From: Paraspadella gotoi
Lineage: Eukaryota > Animalia > Chaetognatha
Assembly: GCA_051294375.1 (NCBI GenBank)
Contig: CM119265.1
Coordinates: forward strand, 23,962,669 to 24,026,668
DNA: 64,000 nucleotides
Direction of reading: 5' to 3'
In this document: positions 12,048 through 25,336 of the stretch, piece after piece
Position numbering within the stretch: the first letter of the stretch is position 1
Layout: each line of letters begins with the position of its first letter
Made by a program: the position numbers and the translations under genes
The notes under the pieces: model-generated
The model's input: only the letters and a program-made list of their open reading frames with translations
Databases searched by the model: none
Told to the model about the DNA's origin: nothing

Positions 12048-13673
12048 TGTTTATACCTCTGCGATAGCGATTTTCTTTCCCGCGTTTCATCGTCCGTGAT
12101 ATTTCTCACCTCGTTTTTTTATGACCCGACTTGTTTCTTAGATTATCCTTTCTAGGTGATCCTTCCTTTTTATGTATAAATCTTTTTCCTCATTAGTAAT
12201 ACTTTCTCCTATCTTTTCTTTTAGGCTTCTTTAGTTTTTTTTATTTTTGTCTCTTGTATTTCTTGTTTTCATTCCCGTTTCCTCTTTCTTTATTTCATTT
12301 TAATTTTCTTTTTATTTCTCTCTTTTCTCAAACTTTCAACGTCGCCTTTGCTTCTCATCCTTTTATAAACCAACTTTTACTTCCCCCTGCGCTTTCTTAG
12401 TTTCTCTTTATTTGTTTCAATTTCTTTCTTTTGTTTATCTTCTTTCATGAAAAGAAGTTTAAAGTCGCTTGTGGTTCATCTCTTTTTTCATCCTTTCTTT
12501 CTGATCTTTTTTCTCCTTTTAATCCGCATTTTTTATTTCTTTACGATTCTGTTTTTCTTTCTCTTTTCTTTTTTCCCTCATTCATCATCACCCTTTTTTC
12601 TTCACTGTTCATTATTACATACAGCGTATCAATAATTATAAATTTTTAAAAGTGACGAAAAAAACAACACTGTACGGATTAAAATACTTTGTTAGGCTAT
12701 ATTTTTAAAAATATACAGATACCCAATACACAATATTACAAAAAAATTTTAAATTTCAAAATTGGTCTTTTGTAAAATTTTCTAACAGATTCGGATTCCG
12801 TGATAAAAGTAAATAAAAAAAGTATAAAATTTTGATTAAGTTTAGTCAAAAATCTAAAAAGCTATATTATAATTGTAAACTTCAATATCGTTTTTTACAA
12901 TTTGTAATCGAAAATAATTTGTCAAAATGATTTATATTTTCATTTATCAACTTTGAAAAGTTAAATCTGACAAACAAAATTAAAAAAAAAAATTGAAATT
13001 TTAAGGTTTTATACGGATAGTACTCCGTATATATTTATAATTATGAATATAACTGCAAAATCAAAAGACATGGAAATTGATTTTTTTTCAATTTGATCTT
13101 TATTGGCGTAACGTTGTTCATGATTGAATTTTAGAATTTTAATACACAAATTTCACTACGCTCTAATGTTTATACACCTCTCTTATGAAATTGGTACAAC
13201 CCAATATAAAAAATCATCCATTCATTCAATAACTAATCTATCTTGCCCTCTGACTTTATAATATAACTAAGCTATCTTACCCGCTGACTTTATAATATAT
13301 CTAAATACCAGTTCTCTTCCACAAATCCTTTCTCTCTATCGACTTCTCTTTTCTTTTCCTCCACATAAATCCTCCTCCCTCTCTTCTCTCCTCCCCCTCC
13401 TCCTCCTCCTCCTCCATCCCACTCCTCCTCTCCTTCCCGTCCAGGTCTGGCTTTCCGTATCCTAGCGGACCTCGCGTAAAAACACGCCGCCGCCATTTTG
13501 TTTTCTTTTCTTTTTCTCCATCTTGGATTTTTATGCTTTATTCTTTGTGTGCGAAGAAAAAATAATGAACTGCGAAAGTAAACACGGATGTTGGCTTCAA
13601 ACTTCTCTCTTTGACCCGCGAAACATAAAAAGGAGTAGAAAGAGGAAAGAATAAATAACTCTGTCTCTGTCTC

Positions 13674-13736
<63 letters not shown>

Positions 13737-13813
13737 AAAACAAACTCATCTGACAATTGAACCAATTGAATCAAAACAAACTCATCAGTCAATCAACACA
13801 GATCTCGATTTAA

Positions 13814-14748
13814 GGACGTGATGTTCTTGAAAGCGCGTCACAATACGCAGAACGACTCTTCGCATGGTGCGTTTCAAGAAATCTAAATCTAGCAACAGCA
13901 ACTCTTCAAGCTACCCTTCATCGTCTTGAAGAATGGTGTGATACATGGTTTTTAGGTCTTTGTCCTGCAAAATCAAACTGTATTTTAATAACTCGTTGTC
14001 CCTTCACTTTTGAATACGACGTTAAACTATATTTGTTTGGAGAACAAAATTCCTGTTTGCAATACTATAAAATTTTTAGGATGTATCATTGATCGAAAAT
14101 TAACCTGGACTCAACATATTAATGAACTATTTCTAAAGCCAAGTCCAAAATATTAGCGATTAACAGATTATCTAAATATGTCATAGGAGATAATTTTCCA
14201 ACTCGTACATCAGCTTTTCTCGACTTTAATTGTTTCTTTGTTTTTATATTCAGCACCTTGCTTTTTATCTGCAGGTAGATATCACTGGCAAAAAATTTGA
14301 TACTCTTCAACTGCGAGCTATTAAAAATTTTTTCATAGATTAACCGATACATATTGATAATGATTTAGCGCGAGATGCAGCAAGTATGATCCACTATCTG
14401 AATATGTAAGAAATATGTCAGTAAGACGTTTAAAAAACATGATTCGAAATAATTCTCTTTTGATACCATTGTTGATCGTATTGAAAAAAATTTGACCTAC
14501 ACTAATATGTCACCAATAGAGCTTTTATTAGGTTGGGACAACATTTCGAAAAAGAAAGATTGTTTGAACTGCCTCTTGGAAAGATTTCATGAAACATGTT
14601 TAGGGATAAAAACTCTACCCGATTTTCGTTTATATCTTTAAATACTTTTCAACTTGTGAATATCGTTTTTGTAAATTGATGTAGCTTTTAGGGGCACAAT
14701 GTAGCCCCAAAGCCCGTTTCTTTAATAACAATTCAATTCAATTCAATT
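13814..14748 (+). mobile_element. Copy 2 of the truncated LINE
   Basis: Matches 2291-3225 at offset +11523. Confidence 0.8.
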
Positions 14749-15381
14749 CTCTCTCTCTCTCTCTCTGAGCTGCAGTGTTGTGATTTCAATCATGCGTACA
14801 AGTATAACTTAATTTTTTTTATATTAATATCGTTAATATATATTACGAAAATTTATGATGAAACCGTAAGAGTAATGAATTTAAAAATATTAATTTAAAT
14901 TTAAAATTAAATCATCCTGAAAATAGAATCCTTTTCGCTACCCGTGTCTTCGTTATCAAACTCGATATTTGCCAACACTGATAACGGTAATTAGTAATTA
15001 GTTTATTTTTCCTTTTTTTTTTTTCTAAATTAACTTACATAGACGTAGTACGTACATTCGTACATTGCTATTCTGTTTTAACTTTAGAAATATATATTGC
15101 GAAGAATTCATGGATTAGAAAAGGCGCCAAAGAACCTCGGTGAGATCGGGGTGGGAAAAGACGAGAGGCAAAGACTTTTGAGTGGGAAATACTTAAGTTT
15201 TAAGAAGGCAGAGGAAAGAGATTGGATTCACTTGCGTTGGGCGCGAGAAAAAAGAAAGAAAGAAAGAAAGGAAGAAAGAAAAGAAAGAAAACCAGAAAAG
15301 AAAAAAAGAAGTAAGAAAGAAAAAAAAAGAAAGATAGAGAGAAAGAAAGAAAAGAAAGAAAGAAAGATAGAAAGAAAGAAA

Positions 15382-15418
<37 letters not shown>

Positions 15419-17136
15419 AAAAAAAAAAAAGAAAGCTGGAATCCTTGAATCGAAGTTGAGGACGAAGCGAACGTTTTGACTTTCGACTTGAAAAGAGACT
15501 CAAAGGATTCATTTCCTTTTCTTTCTTTTAAATTATGAGCTTCTCTTTTACATGAATGAGCTCTCTTTTACATGATGAGCTTCTCTTTTTACATGATAAG
15601 CTTCTCTTTTTACATGATGAGCTTCTCTTTTACATCATAAGCTTCTATTTTACATCATGAGCTTTTCTTTTACATCTTGAGCTTTTCTTTTTCTTTCCTT
15701 GGCGAAAATTAAGCGTATTTTCTTTCACTCACTATTGACAATGACAATAAAACTCGGACCACAATTTGCTACCAGAACCGCTTCCATAACGATCAGGAAG
15801 AGAGTCGTAAAGGCTCGTGACATCGCCAGTGAGCCTTCCGCTCAACCCTAACCCTAAGCCGGGCCCCCGATCCAAACCCTAACCCGAACCAGTTTCCCCG
15901 GCTCGCTACATCAACATCCTAGCCCTAACCCTATCGCGGGCTTCCTGTCTCATGCCGAAGCAAAAACCCTAACCCTAGCGCCACCCGTGGGCCTCTCCCC
16001 CAACCCTAACCCTTACCCTAACCAATGGTAACCCATTCANNNNNNNNNNNNNNNNNNNNNNNNNCCCTTCATCGCGGAGCATCAAAGTCAGCCGCGAGCC
16101 TCTCCCCCAACTCGCGCCTTTCCTCTTATTCGCTACTTTATTTTATCCCAGTGTAGCTAAATAAGCATAAAAAATTATTGAGCCGAAAGCGAAGAGTCGA
16201 GAGACCTCGACGGCCGAAAAAAAAGTTTTTGCGGGGAAAATGGATTTTTTTTCTTTCTTCTAATTATTTTCTTCACAATCCCTTTTTTCTTTATTCTTTC
16301 GACGCAAAATTCTTCCCTCTTTTTCCCGCGGAGAAGAAAAGCCCGGAGAAAAGGAAGGAACAGAAAGGAGGAGGAGGAGGAAGGAGGAGGAAGGGAAAGA
16401 GGAAAGAAAACAAAAGAAAAAAGGAGGAATGAAGGACGAAAAATGCTGGAAGAAAAATTCTGAGAGAGGCATCGGCTCTTGCTTTAAGCCTTCATCAGCG
16501 TTTGTTTTTCTCTAACTATTTAAACACAACGAAAAGAAAGGAAATAATATAATGTCATTACTTCTTTAAACGTCACATTATACACAAGATTGTGATAGTT
16601 TTCATGATGGAGAATAACGGTGTAGTAAAACAAAAACAATATTAATTTTTATTATTCATTTTTTTCTTATTTATTGCCAAATATATTTACTTCGTATTTA
16701 AATTGAATCCATTTTTGAAATTTTTCGTGCGGGCTTCTCGAAACTATTTTAATATGATTTTATGTTAGATTTTTTCAAGCATTTCTAATCTTAAATATTT
16801 AAACCTATCATAGCAGAGAATAGAATTTCTAGATTTTATAAGGATAATACCATATATTTAAATATATACAGCCAACTACGAAATTGTTATCTTTGTAATC
16901 TCAAGTCCAAACTGAATCTCAAAATACATTTTTTAACTTTTCAAAAAAAGTAATAATAAACCGATGAATTTTTATTGTTTTTTTTAAAATAAATCAGAAA
17001 TAGAAAAAAATAAATAAGGCGTTTAGACTTTCGCCATTGCGATGCATTATCATCTCAAAATGCAGTATCACTGGAATAGTGCTGCAAATGTAGCATTATC
17101 CCTAAATGCAGCATCATCCCTTAATGCAGCATCAGC

Positions 17137-19107
17137 TCAAAAGTTCGTCCCTTGATTCTTCGTCTTCAAAGTTCCATCGCGAACTGGACTAAAGCGAAGA
17201 AGGAAACCACGGTCATAGTCAAACGAAGAGGCTGGGGAAAAAAAAAGAATATTAAAAAATAGTTAATTGTTTTAGAATTAATTAAAAAACCCAATCTTCC
17301 CGTAAAAGTTGACAACTTCATTCATGTCGACGAGGCTTTTCAAAAGGATGAAGCTTACGATCAAATTACCATTATTTTTTTCATTGTTTAAAAAGCTTAA
17401 TTTACTGACGAATCTCTTTAAAAATACTTTTTACCCACTTCGAGTCCGTCACGCTTTTTAAGCGGCTTAAGCGGTTGCTCTAACCTTTTCCAGCTTCGAG
17501 GACTTGATTTAGAGATGCTAGGGTCCTCATCCAAATTATTTTTCTTTTCTACTGTATCTTCGTCGATGCCAAAGTCACAATCTTCAAAGCTGCGTTTGTC
17601 CAGTCTTATTGCAAACGGAATCAAACCTTGCTTTCGAAACGAGGTAAGGCCGACGGCCTTCAATTTAATAATCATAAAAGATAAATTTTTTAAAACCATC
17701 GATACTCATTTCAATTAGTAATTATAAATTAGATTATACCGAAATAATTTTCGGGTCACGTGATCGTTTATTGAGGTGACTGCACAAGTATGAAACAACT
17801 AAAACATAAGTGGGACAGACCAACGGGCAGAGAGACAGGGACTTATAAGGTGACCGACAAACTGAAAAGTGAGTACTCAGTTAAAATTGTTTTACCTTTT
17901 TATTTATAAATTTTGAACTTTTCCTCATTATCTCGTCTTATTTGTCGGATTCTGCCTCAGCACTCACCGCCAGCCTCTGCCAGTTTTCCCCATCTCAATA
18001 GACAATTCTACTCACCCATTAAACCATTGTGCTGCCGGTAAAATAGTAGCAGACAAAAATGTCACGGCCTATAGCGGGCCCTTGGCGACAGGTAGTTTTG
18101 CCGCAGCCGAACTTCCGTCGTCTCGTCCCAAACCATCTGCGCCCAAGAAAGATTGTTGTTTTTTTTGTTAATGTTAATGTTAATTTAGGCAAATAGTAAA
18201 TAGAACGGAGGTGGCAAAAAATCAAGGGGACCGAAATTAATTCAATTATTTATAAGATTAAACATTCATATAAGCTATCTTGCCGCGTGACCTTTGACAG
18301 GCTATCGTGAGTTAAGGCTTCCATTCCTCTTACAAGATAATGACATAGCGGATCCCTGCAAGCTTTTAATTAAGATTCTCTCACAGTCTAGTTCATTCAC
18401 TCCCAGAGTGCCGGGCTTCCCCATCAATTGAAGTGGTATAATGATTGAAAGAATGCTTTAAATGTATATAAAGGACCACTCCCTTTAATATTACATCGCG
18501 AATACTTTGATATACTCCGCACTATCATCAAAATACGATGAGCTGACAGATATGAAAACTTAAGGAACTCGTAAGAATTAAAATAAAAAAAGAAGTGAGG
18601 GATTTAAACCTGCTGATAATTTTTGCATCTTCCCAATCCAGCGCATTTGTTATTGCAGTAGTCGTAATGTTCAGATTCGATGCCCAACGGTCCATTGCAA
18701 ATTTAGCGTCGAAGCAGCCAGCACTGAGAGACAAAAAGTTATCGCCGACTTTTTCCTCAATTCCGGTAACGTCCTTGACGAATGAGGGTTCCGAGCTTGG
18801 GCTTCTTTTCTCGCACTTATCAGCCCACATTTTTTGCCGCCTTAGCCAATTTATGATTCCAAGTCAACTAGGAGAAATTTTACAGATAAAACATTGAGAA
18901 TGTGTATAACAGCTTTTTAAGAGTTGCGACAGAGATGACTCACTTTGGGCAGCTTGGTCTCCGGGGGCAAGGCTTCACTGTGGCTCTGTGATGGTTGTGA
19001 TTGTCAAGCATGAGCTGTTCTTCATCCGTCACGCTGGGATTTGATAATCCATTGGCGATGACCCAAAAGAAGATGATATTGAATAGAGCAGAATCACAAA
19101 ATTCCAT
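17137..19107 (-). CDS. Second copy of the CAP/SCP-domain gene (offset +8328), probably an assembly duplicate
   Basis: Appears identical to 8809-10779, including the same frameshifting indels; the ORF track repeats at exactly +8328. Confidence 0.8.
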
Positions 19108-19982
19108 TCTTTTGTTTTTTTTCTTTTAATAATAATAATAAAAAAAATAAAAAAATAAAAAAAAATAAAAAAAATAAAAAAAAGTATATAAAAAAGTTGA
19201 TAAACAGTTGGAAGTAAGCGTTTTATTTAGCGTTTTTAATATTTAACATTTGTAATAACATCAGAGGAGATCGCCCGAGCCTCCGATCCGATTTACTTTT
19301 GGTGGCTTGATACTCCTGCTATGATAAACATGGATTTCTAAGACCAACTCAAGTGAATATATTTCTGACAAGAGAGACGACGATGGAGAAACACGGCAGG
19401 CGTCTAGATCAATGATAAGTCTAATTGAACATGCTAGCTCTATTTATATGTTCATATGCCTTTCCTTAAGTTTTTAAACATTAATTTGCCGTTTTCTTTT
19501 TATAAAATTTTTTCATACAAATCATACCTGAGTACTTAATCCTTAATTATTGGGTCAGTCATATCTTGAATTTATTAATTCTTCCTTAATTAGTCAAGCC
19601 TTTTCGGTTGCCCGTCATTTTTCATTTTAAAAAGCGAATTGATGACTGAATTTTTGGTCGGTCGGTCCAGCTCATGATTAAAAAATTAAAACCTGTTAGC
19701 CTAAAAATGTTTTTTATAGGTAAAAAAATAATAATAAAGCCGAGACATATATTGAATAATGAAACAAAATGAAAACCTAAAACTTAAAACTTGCGCGTAC
19801 AAGCCGCAAACTGATTGACCGCTAAAAAAAAAAAAAGATTTTCTCATTTTTTTCGTCTCGACTTTCCTTTTCGCCATCAACATTTCCCTCCAGCGATCGT
19901 TAATTGCGTCGAGTTGAGTTTTTTACGTCGTTTTCACCTCCTCTTGCTCCTCCTCATCCTCCTCTTGCTCCCCTTCCTCCCC

Positions 19983-20069
<87 letters not shown>

Positions 20070-20189
20070 AAAACTCATAATTTCCTTAACGACGTAAATC
20101 GCATAACTGATTCTTTAAGGCTCCCGAGTTTGATTAGATATAAAAAGGTTGTCACTGTAATCGTTCCTTGCCAGTATTCTGTTTCCAGA

Positions 20190-20242
<53 letters not shown>

Positions 20243-20320
20243 CCCTTGTCGTGGATTCTGGGGCCTTGAATCTCGGGCTTGGATAACCTTTAACGCGAAG
20301 GGACACGTGTTATACAAGAG

Positions 20321-20375
<55 letters not shown>

Positions 20376-22001
20376 TGTTTATACCTCTGCGATAGCGATT
20401 TTCTTTCCCGCGTTTCATCGTCCGTGATATTTCTCACCTCGTTTTTTTATGACCCGACTTGTTTCTTAGATTATCCTTTCTAGGTGATCCTTCCTTTTTA
20501 TGTATAAATCTTTTTCCTCATTAGTAATACTTTCTCCTATCTTTTCTTTTAGGCTTCTTTAGTTTTTTTTATTTTTGTCTCTTGTATTTCTTGTTTTCAT
20601 TCCCGTTTCCTCTTTCTTTATTTCATTTTAATTTTCTTTTTATTTCTCTCTTTTCTCAAACTTTCAACGTCGCCTTTGCTTCTCATCCTTTTATAAACCA
20701 ACTTTTACTTCCCCCTGCGCTTTCTTAGTTTCTCTTTATTTGTTTCAATTTCTTTCTTTTGTTTATCTTCTTTCATGAAAAGAAGTTTAAAGTCGCTTGT
20801 GGTTCATCTCTTTTTTCATCCTTTCTTTCTGATCTTTTTTCTCCTTTTAATCCGCATTTTTTATTTCTTTACGATTCTGTTTTTCTTTCTCTTTTCTTTT
20901 TTCCCTCATTCATCATCACCCTTTTTTCTTCACTGTTCATTATTACATACAGCGTATCAATAATTATAAATTTTTAAAAGTGACGAAAAAAACAACACTG
21001 TACGGATTAAAATACTTTGTTAGGCTATATTTTTAAAAATATACAGATACCCAATACACAATATTACAAAAAAATTTTAAATTTCAAAATTGGTCTTTTG
21101 TAAAATTTTCTAACAGATTCGGATTCCGTGATAAAAGTAAATAAAAAAAGTATAAAATTTTGATTAAGTTTAGTCAAAAATCTAAAAAGCTATATTATAA
21201 TTGTAAACTTCAATATCGTTTTTTACAATTTGTAATCGAAAATAATTTGTCAAAATGATTTATATTTTCATTTATCAACTTTGAAAAGTTAAATCTGACA
21301 AACAAAATTAAAAAAAAAAATTGAAATTTTAAGGTTTTATACGGATAGTACTCCGTATATATTTATAATTATGAATATAACTGCAAAATCAAAAGACATG
21401 GAAATTGATTTTTTTTCAATTTGATCTTTATTGGCGTAACGTTGTTCATGATTGAATTTTAGAATTTTAATACACAAATTTCACTACGCTCTAATGTTTA
21501 TACACCTCTCTTATGAAATTGGTACAACCCAATATAAAAAATCATCCATTCATTCAATAACTAATCTATCTTGCCCTCTGACTTTATAATATAACTAAGC
21601 TATCTTACCCGCTGACTTTATAATATATCTAAATACCAGTTCTCTTCCACAAATCCTTTCTCTCTATCGACTTCTCTTTTCTTTTCCTCCACATAAATCC
21701 TCCTCCCTCTCTTCTCTCCTCCCCCTCCTCCTCCTCCTCCTCCATCCCACTCCTCCTCTCCTTCCCGTCCAGGTCTGGCTTTCCGTATCCTAGCGGACCT
21801 CGCGTAAAAACACGCCGCCGCCATTTTGTTTTCTTTTCTTTTTCTCCATCTTGGATTTTTATGCTTTATTCTTTGTGTGCGAAGAAAAAATAATGAACTG
21901 CGAAAGTAAACACGGATGTTGGCTTCAAACTTCTCTCTTTGACCCGCGAAACATAAAAAGGAGTAGAAAGAGGAAAGAATAAATAACTCTGTCTCTGTCT
22001 C

Positions 22002-22064
<63 letters not shown>

Positions 22065-22141
22065 AAAACAAACTCATCTGACAATTGAACCAATTGAATC
22101 AAAACAAACTCATCAGTCAATCAACACAGATCTCGATTTAA

Positions 22142-23076
22142 GGACGTGATGTTCTTGAAAGCGCGTCACAATACGCAGAACGACTCTTCGCATGGTGCGT
22201 TTCAAGAAATCTAAATCTAGCAACAGCAACTCTTCAAGCTACCCTTCATCGTCTTGAAGAATGGTGTGATACATGGTTTTTAGGTCTTTGTCCTGCAAAA
22301 TCAAACTGTATTTTAATAACTCGTTGTCCCTTCACTTTTGAATACGACGTTAAACTATATTTGTTTGGAGAACAAAATTCCTGTTTGCAATACTATAAAA
22401 TTTTTAGGATGTATCATTGATCGAAAATTAACCTGGACTCAACATATTAATGAACTATTTCTAAAGCCAAGTCCAAAATATTAGCGATTAACAGATTATC
22501 TAAATATGTCATAGGAGATAATTTTCCAACTCGTACATCAGCTTTTCTCGACTTTAATTGTTTCTTTGTTTTTATATTCAGCACCTTGCTTTTTATCTGC
22601 AGGTAGATATCACTGGCAAAAAATTTGATACTCTTCAACTGCGAGCTATTAAAAATTTTTTCATAGATTAACCGATACATATTGATAATGATTTAGCGCG
22701 AGATGCAGCAAGTATGATCCACTATCTGAATATGTAAGAAATATGTCAGTAAGACGTTTAAAAAACATGATTCGAAATAATTCTCTTTTGATACCATTGT
22801 TGATCGTATTGAAAAAAATTTGACCTACACTAATATGTCACCAATAGAGCTTTTATTAGGTTGGGACAACATTTCGAAAAAGAAAGATTGTTTGAACTGC
22901 CTCTTGGAAAGATTTCATGAAACATGTTTAGGGATAAAAACTCTACCCGATTTTCGTTTATATCTTTAAATACTTTTCAACTTGTGAATATCGTTTTTGT
23001 AAATTGATGTAGCTTTTAGGGGCACAATGTAGCCCCAAAGCCCGTTTCTTTAATAACAATTCAATTCAATTCAATT
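22142..23076 (+). mobile_element. Copy 3 of the truncated LINE
   Basis: Matches copy 2 at offset +8328. Confidence 0.8.
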
Positions 23077-23709
23077 CTCTCTCTCTCTCTCTCTGAGCTG
23101 CAGTGTTGTGATTTCAATCATGCGTACAAGTATAACTTAATTTTTTTTATATTAATATCGTTAATATATATTACGAAAATTTATGATGAAACCGTAAGAG
23201 TAATGAATTTAAAAATATTAATTTAAATTTAAAATTAAATCATCCTGAAAATAGAATCCTTTTCGCTACCCGTGTCTTCGTTATCAAACTCGATATTTGC
23301 CAACACTGATAACGGTAATTAGTAATTAGTTTATTTTTCCTTTTTTTTTTTTCTAAATTAACTTACATAGACGTAGTACGTACATTCGTACATTGCTATT
23401 CTGTTTTAACTTTAGAAATATATATTGCGAAGAATTCATGGATTAGAAAAGGCGCCAAAGAACCTCGGTGAGATCGGGGTGGGAAAAGACGAGAGGCAAA
23501 GACTTTTGAGTGGGAAATACTTAAGTTTTAAGAAGGCAGAGGAAAGAGATTGGATTCACTTGCGTTGGGCGCGAGAAAAAAGAAAGAAAGAAAGAAAGGA
23601 AGAAAGAAAAGAAAGAAAACCAGAAAAGAAAAAAAGAAGTAAGAAAGAAAAAAAAAGAAAGATAGAGAGAAAGAAAGAAAAGAAAGAAAGAAAGATAGAA
23701 AGAAAGAAA

Positions 23710-23746
<37 letters not shown>

Positions 23747-24771
23747 AAAAAAAAAAAAGAAAGCTGGAATCCTTGAATCGAAGTTGAGGACGAAGCGAAC
23801 GTTTTGACTTTCGACTTGAAAAGAGACTCAAAGGATTCATTTCCTTTTCTTTCTTTTAAATTATGAGCTTCTCTTTTACATGAATGAGCTCTCTTTTACA
23901 TGATGAGCTTCTCTTTTTACATGATAAGCTTCTCTTTTTACATGATGAGCTTCTCTTTTACATCATAAGCTTCTATTTTACATCATGAGCTTTTCTTTTA
24001 CATCTTGAGCTTTTCTTTTTCTTTCCTTGGCGAAAATTAAGCGTATTTTCTTTCACTCACTATTGACAATGACAATAAAACTCGGACCACAATTTGCTAC
24101 CAGAACCGCTTCCATAACGATCAGGAAGAGAGTCGTAAAGGCTCGTGACATCGCCAGTGAGCCTTCCGCTCAACCCTAACCCTAAGCCGGGCCCCCGATC
24201 CAAACCCTAACCCGAACCAGTTTCCCCGGCTCGCTACATCAACATCCTAGCCCTAACCCTATCGCGGGCTTCCTGTCTCATGCCGAAGCAAAAACCCTAA
24301 CCCTAGCGCCACCCGTGGGCCTCTCCCCCAACCCTAACCCTTACCCTAACCAATGGTAACCCATTCAATCGCGGAGCATCAAGTCAGCCGCGAGCCTCTC
24401 CCCCAACTCGCGCCTTTCCTCTTATTCGCTACTTTATTTTATCCCAGTGTAGCTAAATAAGCATAAAAAATTATTGAGCCGAAAGCGAAGAGTCGAGAGA
24501 CCTCGACGGCCGAAAAAAAAGTTTTTGCGGGGAAAATGGATTTTTTTCTTTCTTCTAATTATTTTTCTTCACAATCCCTTTTTTCTTTATTCTTTCGACG
24601 CAAAATTCTTCCCTCTTCTTCCCGCGAGAAGAAAAGCCCGGAGAAAAGGAAGGAACAGAAAGGAGGAGGAGGAAGGAGGAGGAAGGGAAAGAGGAAAGAA
24701 AACAAAAGAAAAAAGGAGAGAATGAAGGACGAAAAATGCTGGGAAGAAAAATTCTGAGAGAGGCATTGCCA

Positions 24772-24902
<131 letters not shown>

Positions 24903-25211
24903 GAGAGTGAAAGAGAGAGAGATAGNNNNNNNNNNNNNNNNNNNNNNNNNAGAGATAGAGAAAGTGACAGAATTTTTAAAAATAAAACAGTTAAATGACT
25001 GCTGATTGCAGTGCTTTTAGTTAATTAATTTTTTACGTAATATTCCAATATTCGTGTGAGCAGCCAGCATTTTAGGTCAATTTATTTGTTAAAATCATAG
25101 CAATATATATATATATAATAAAACAATATAGTTTTTCGCATTATTTTTTGCGCTTTATCCAGCTTTACGCGTCATTGTTGGACGATATTTGGGTTTCGCC
25201 AAATTAGATTG

Positions 25212-25336
<125 letters not shown>

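Larger units (their letters stand above)
8145..24367 (+). repeat. Near-perfect direct duplication, period 8328 bp (8145-16039 repeated at 16473-24367)
   Basis: Both units start cggctcttgctttaagcc (8145, 16473); ORF pairs such as 9090/17418, 11487/19815 and 15097/23425 differ by 8328 and translate identically. Confidence 0.95.

Noticed and set aside
11487-12155. 222-aa ORF (and its copy at 19815) plus other long ORFs such as 5559-6317, 45012-46019 and 55483-56103
   Set aside because: They stay open only because of (CT)n, (GA)n, (GAC)n or polypurine tracts; the frame is not preserved in the copy at 1-670.
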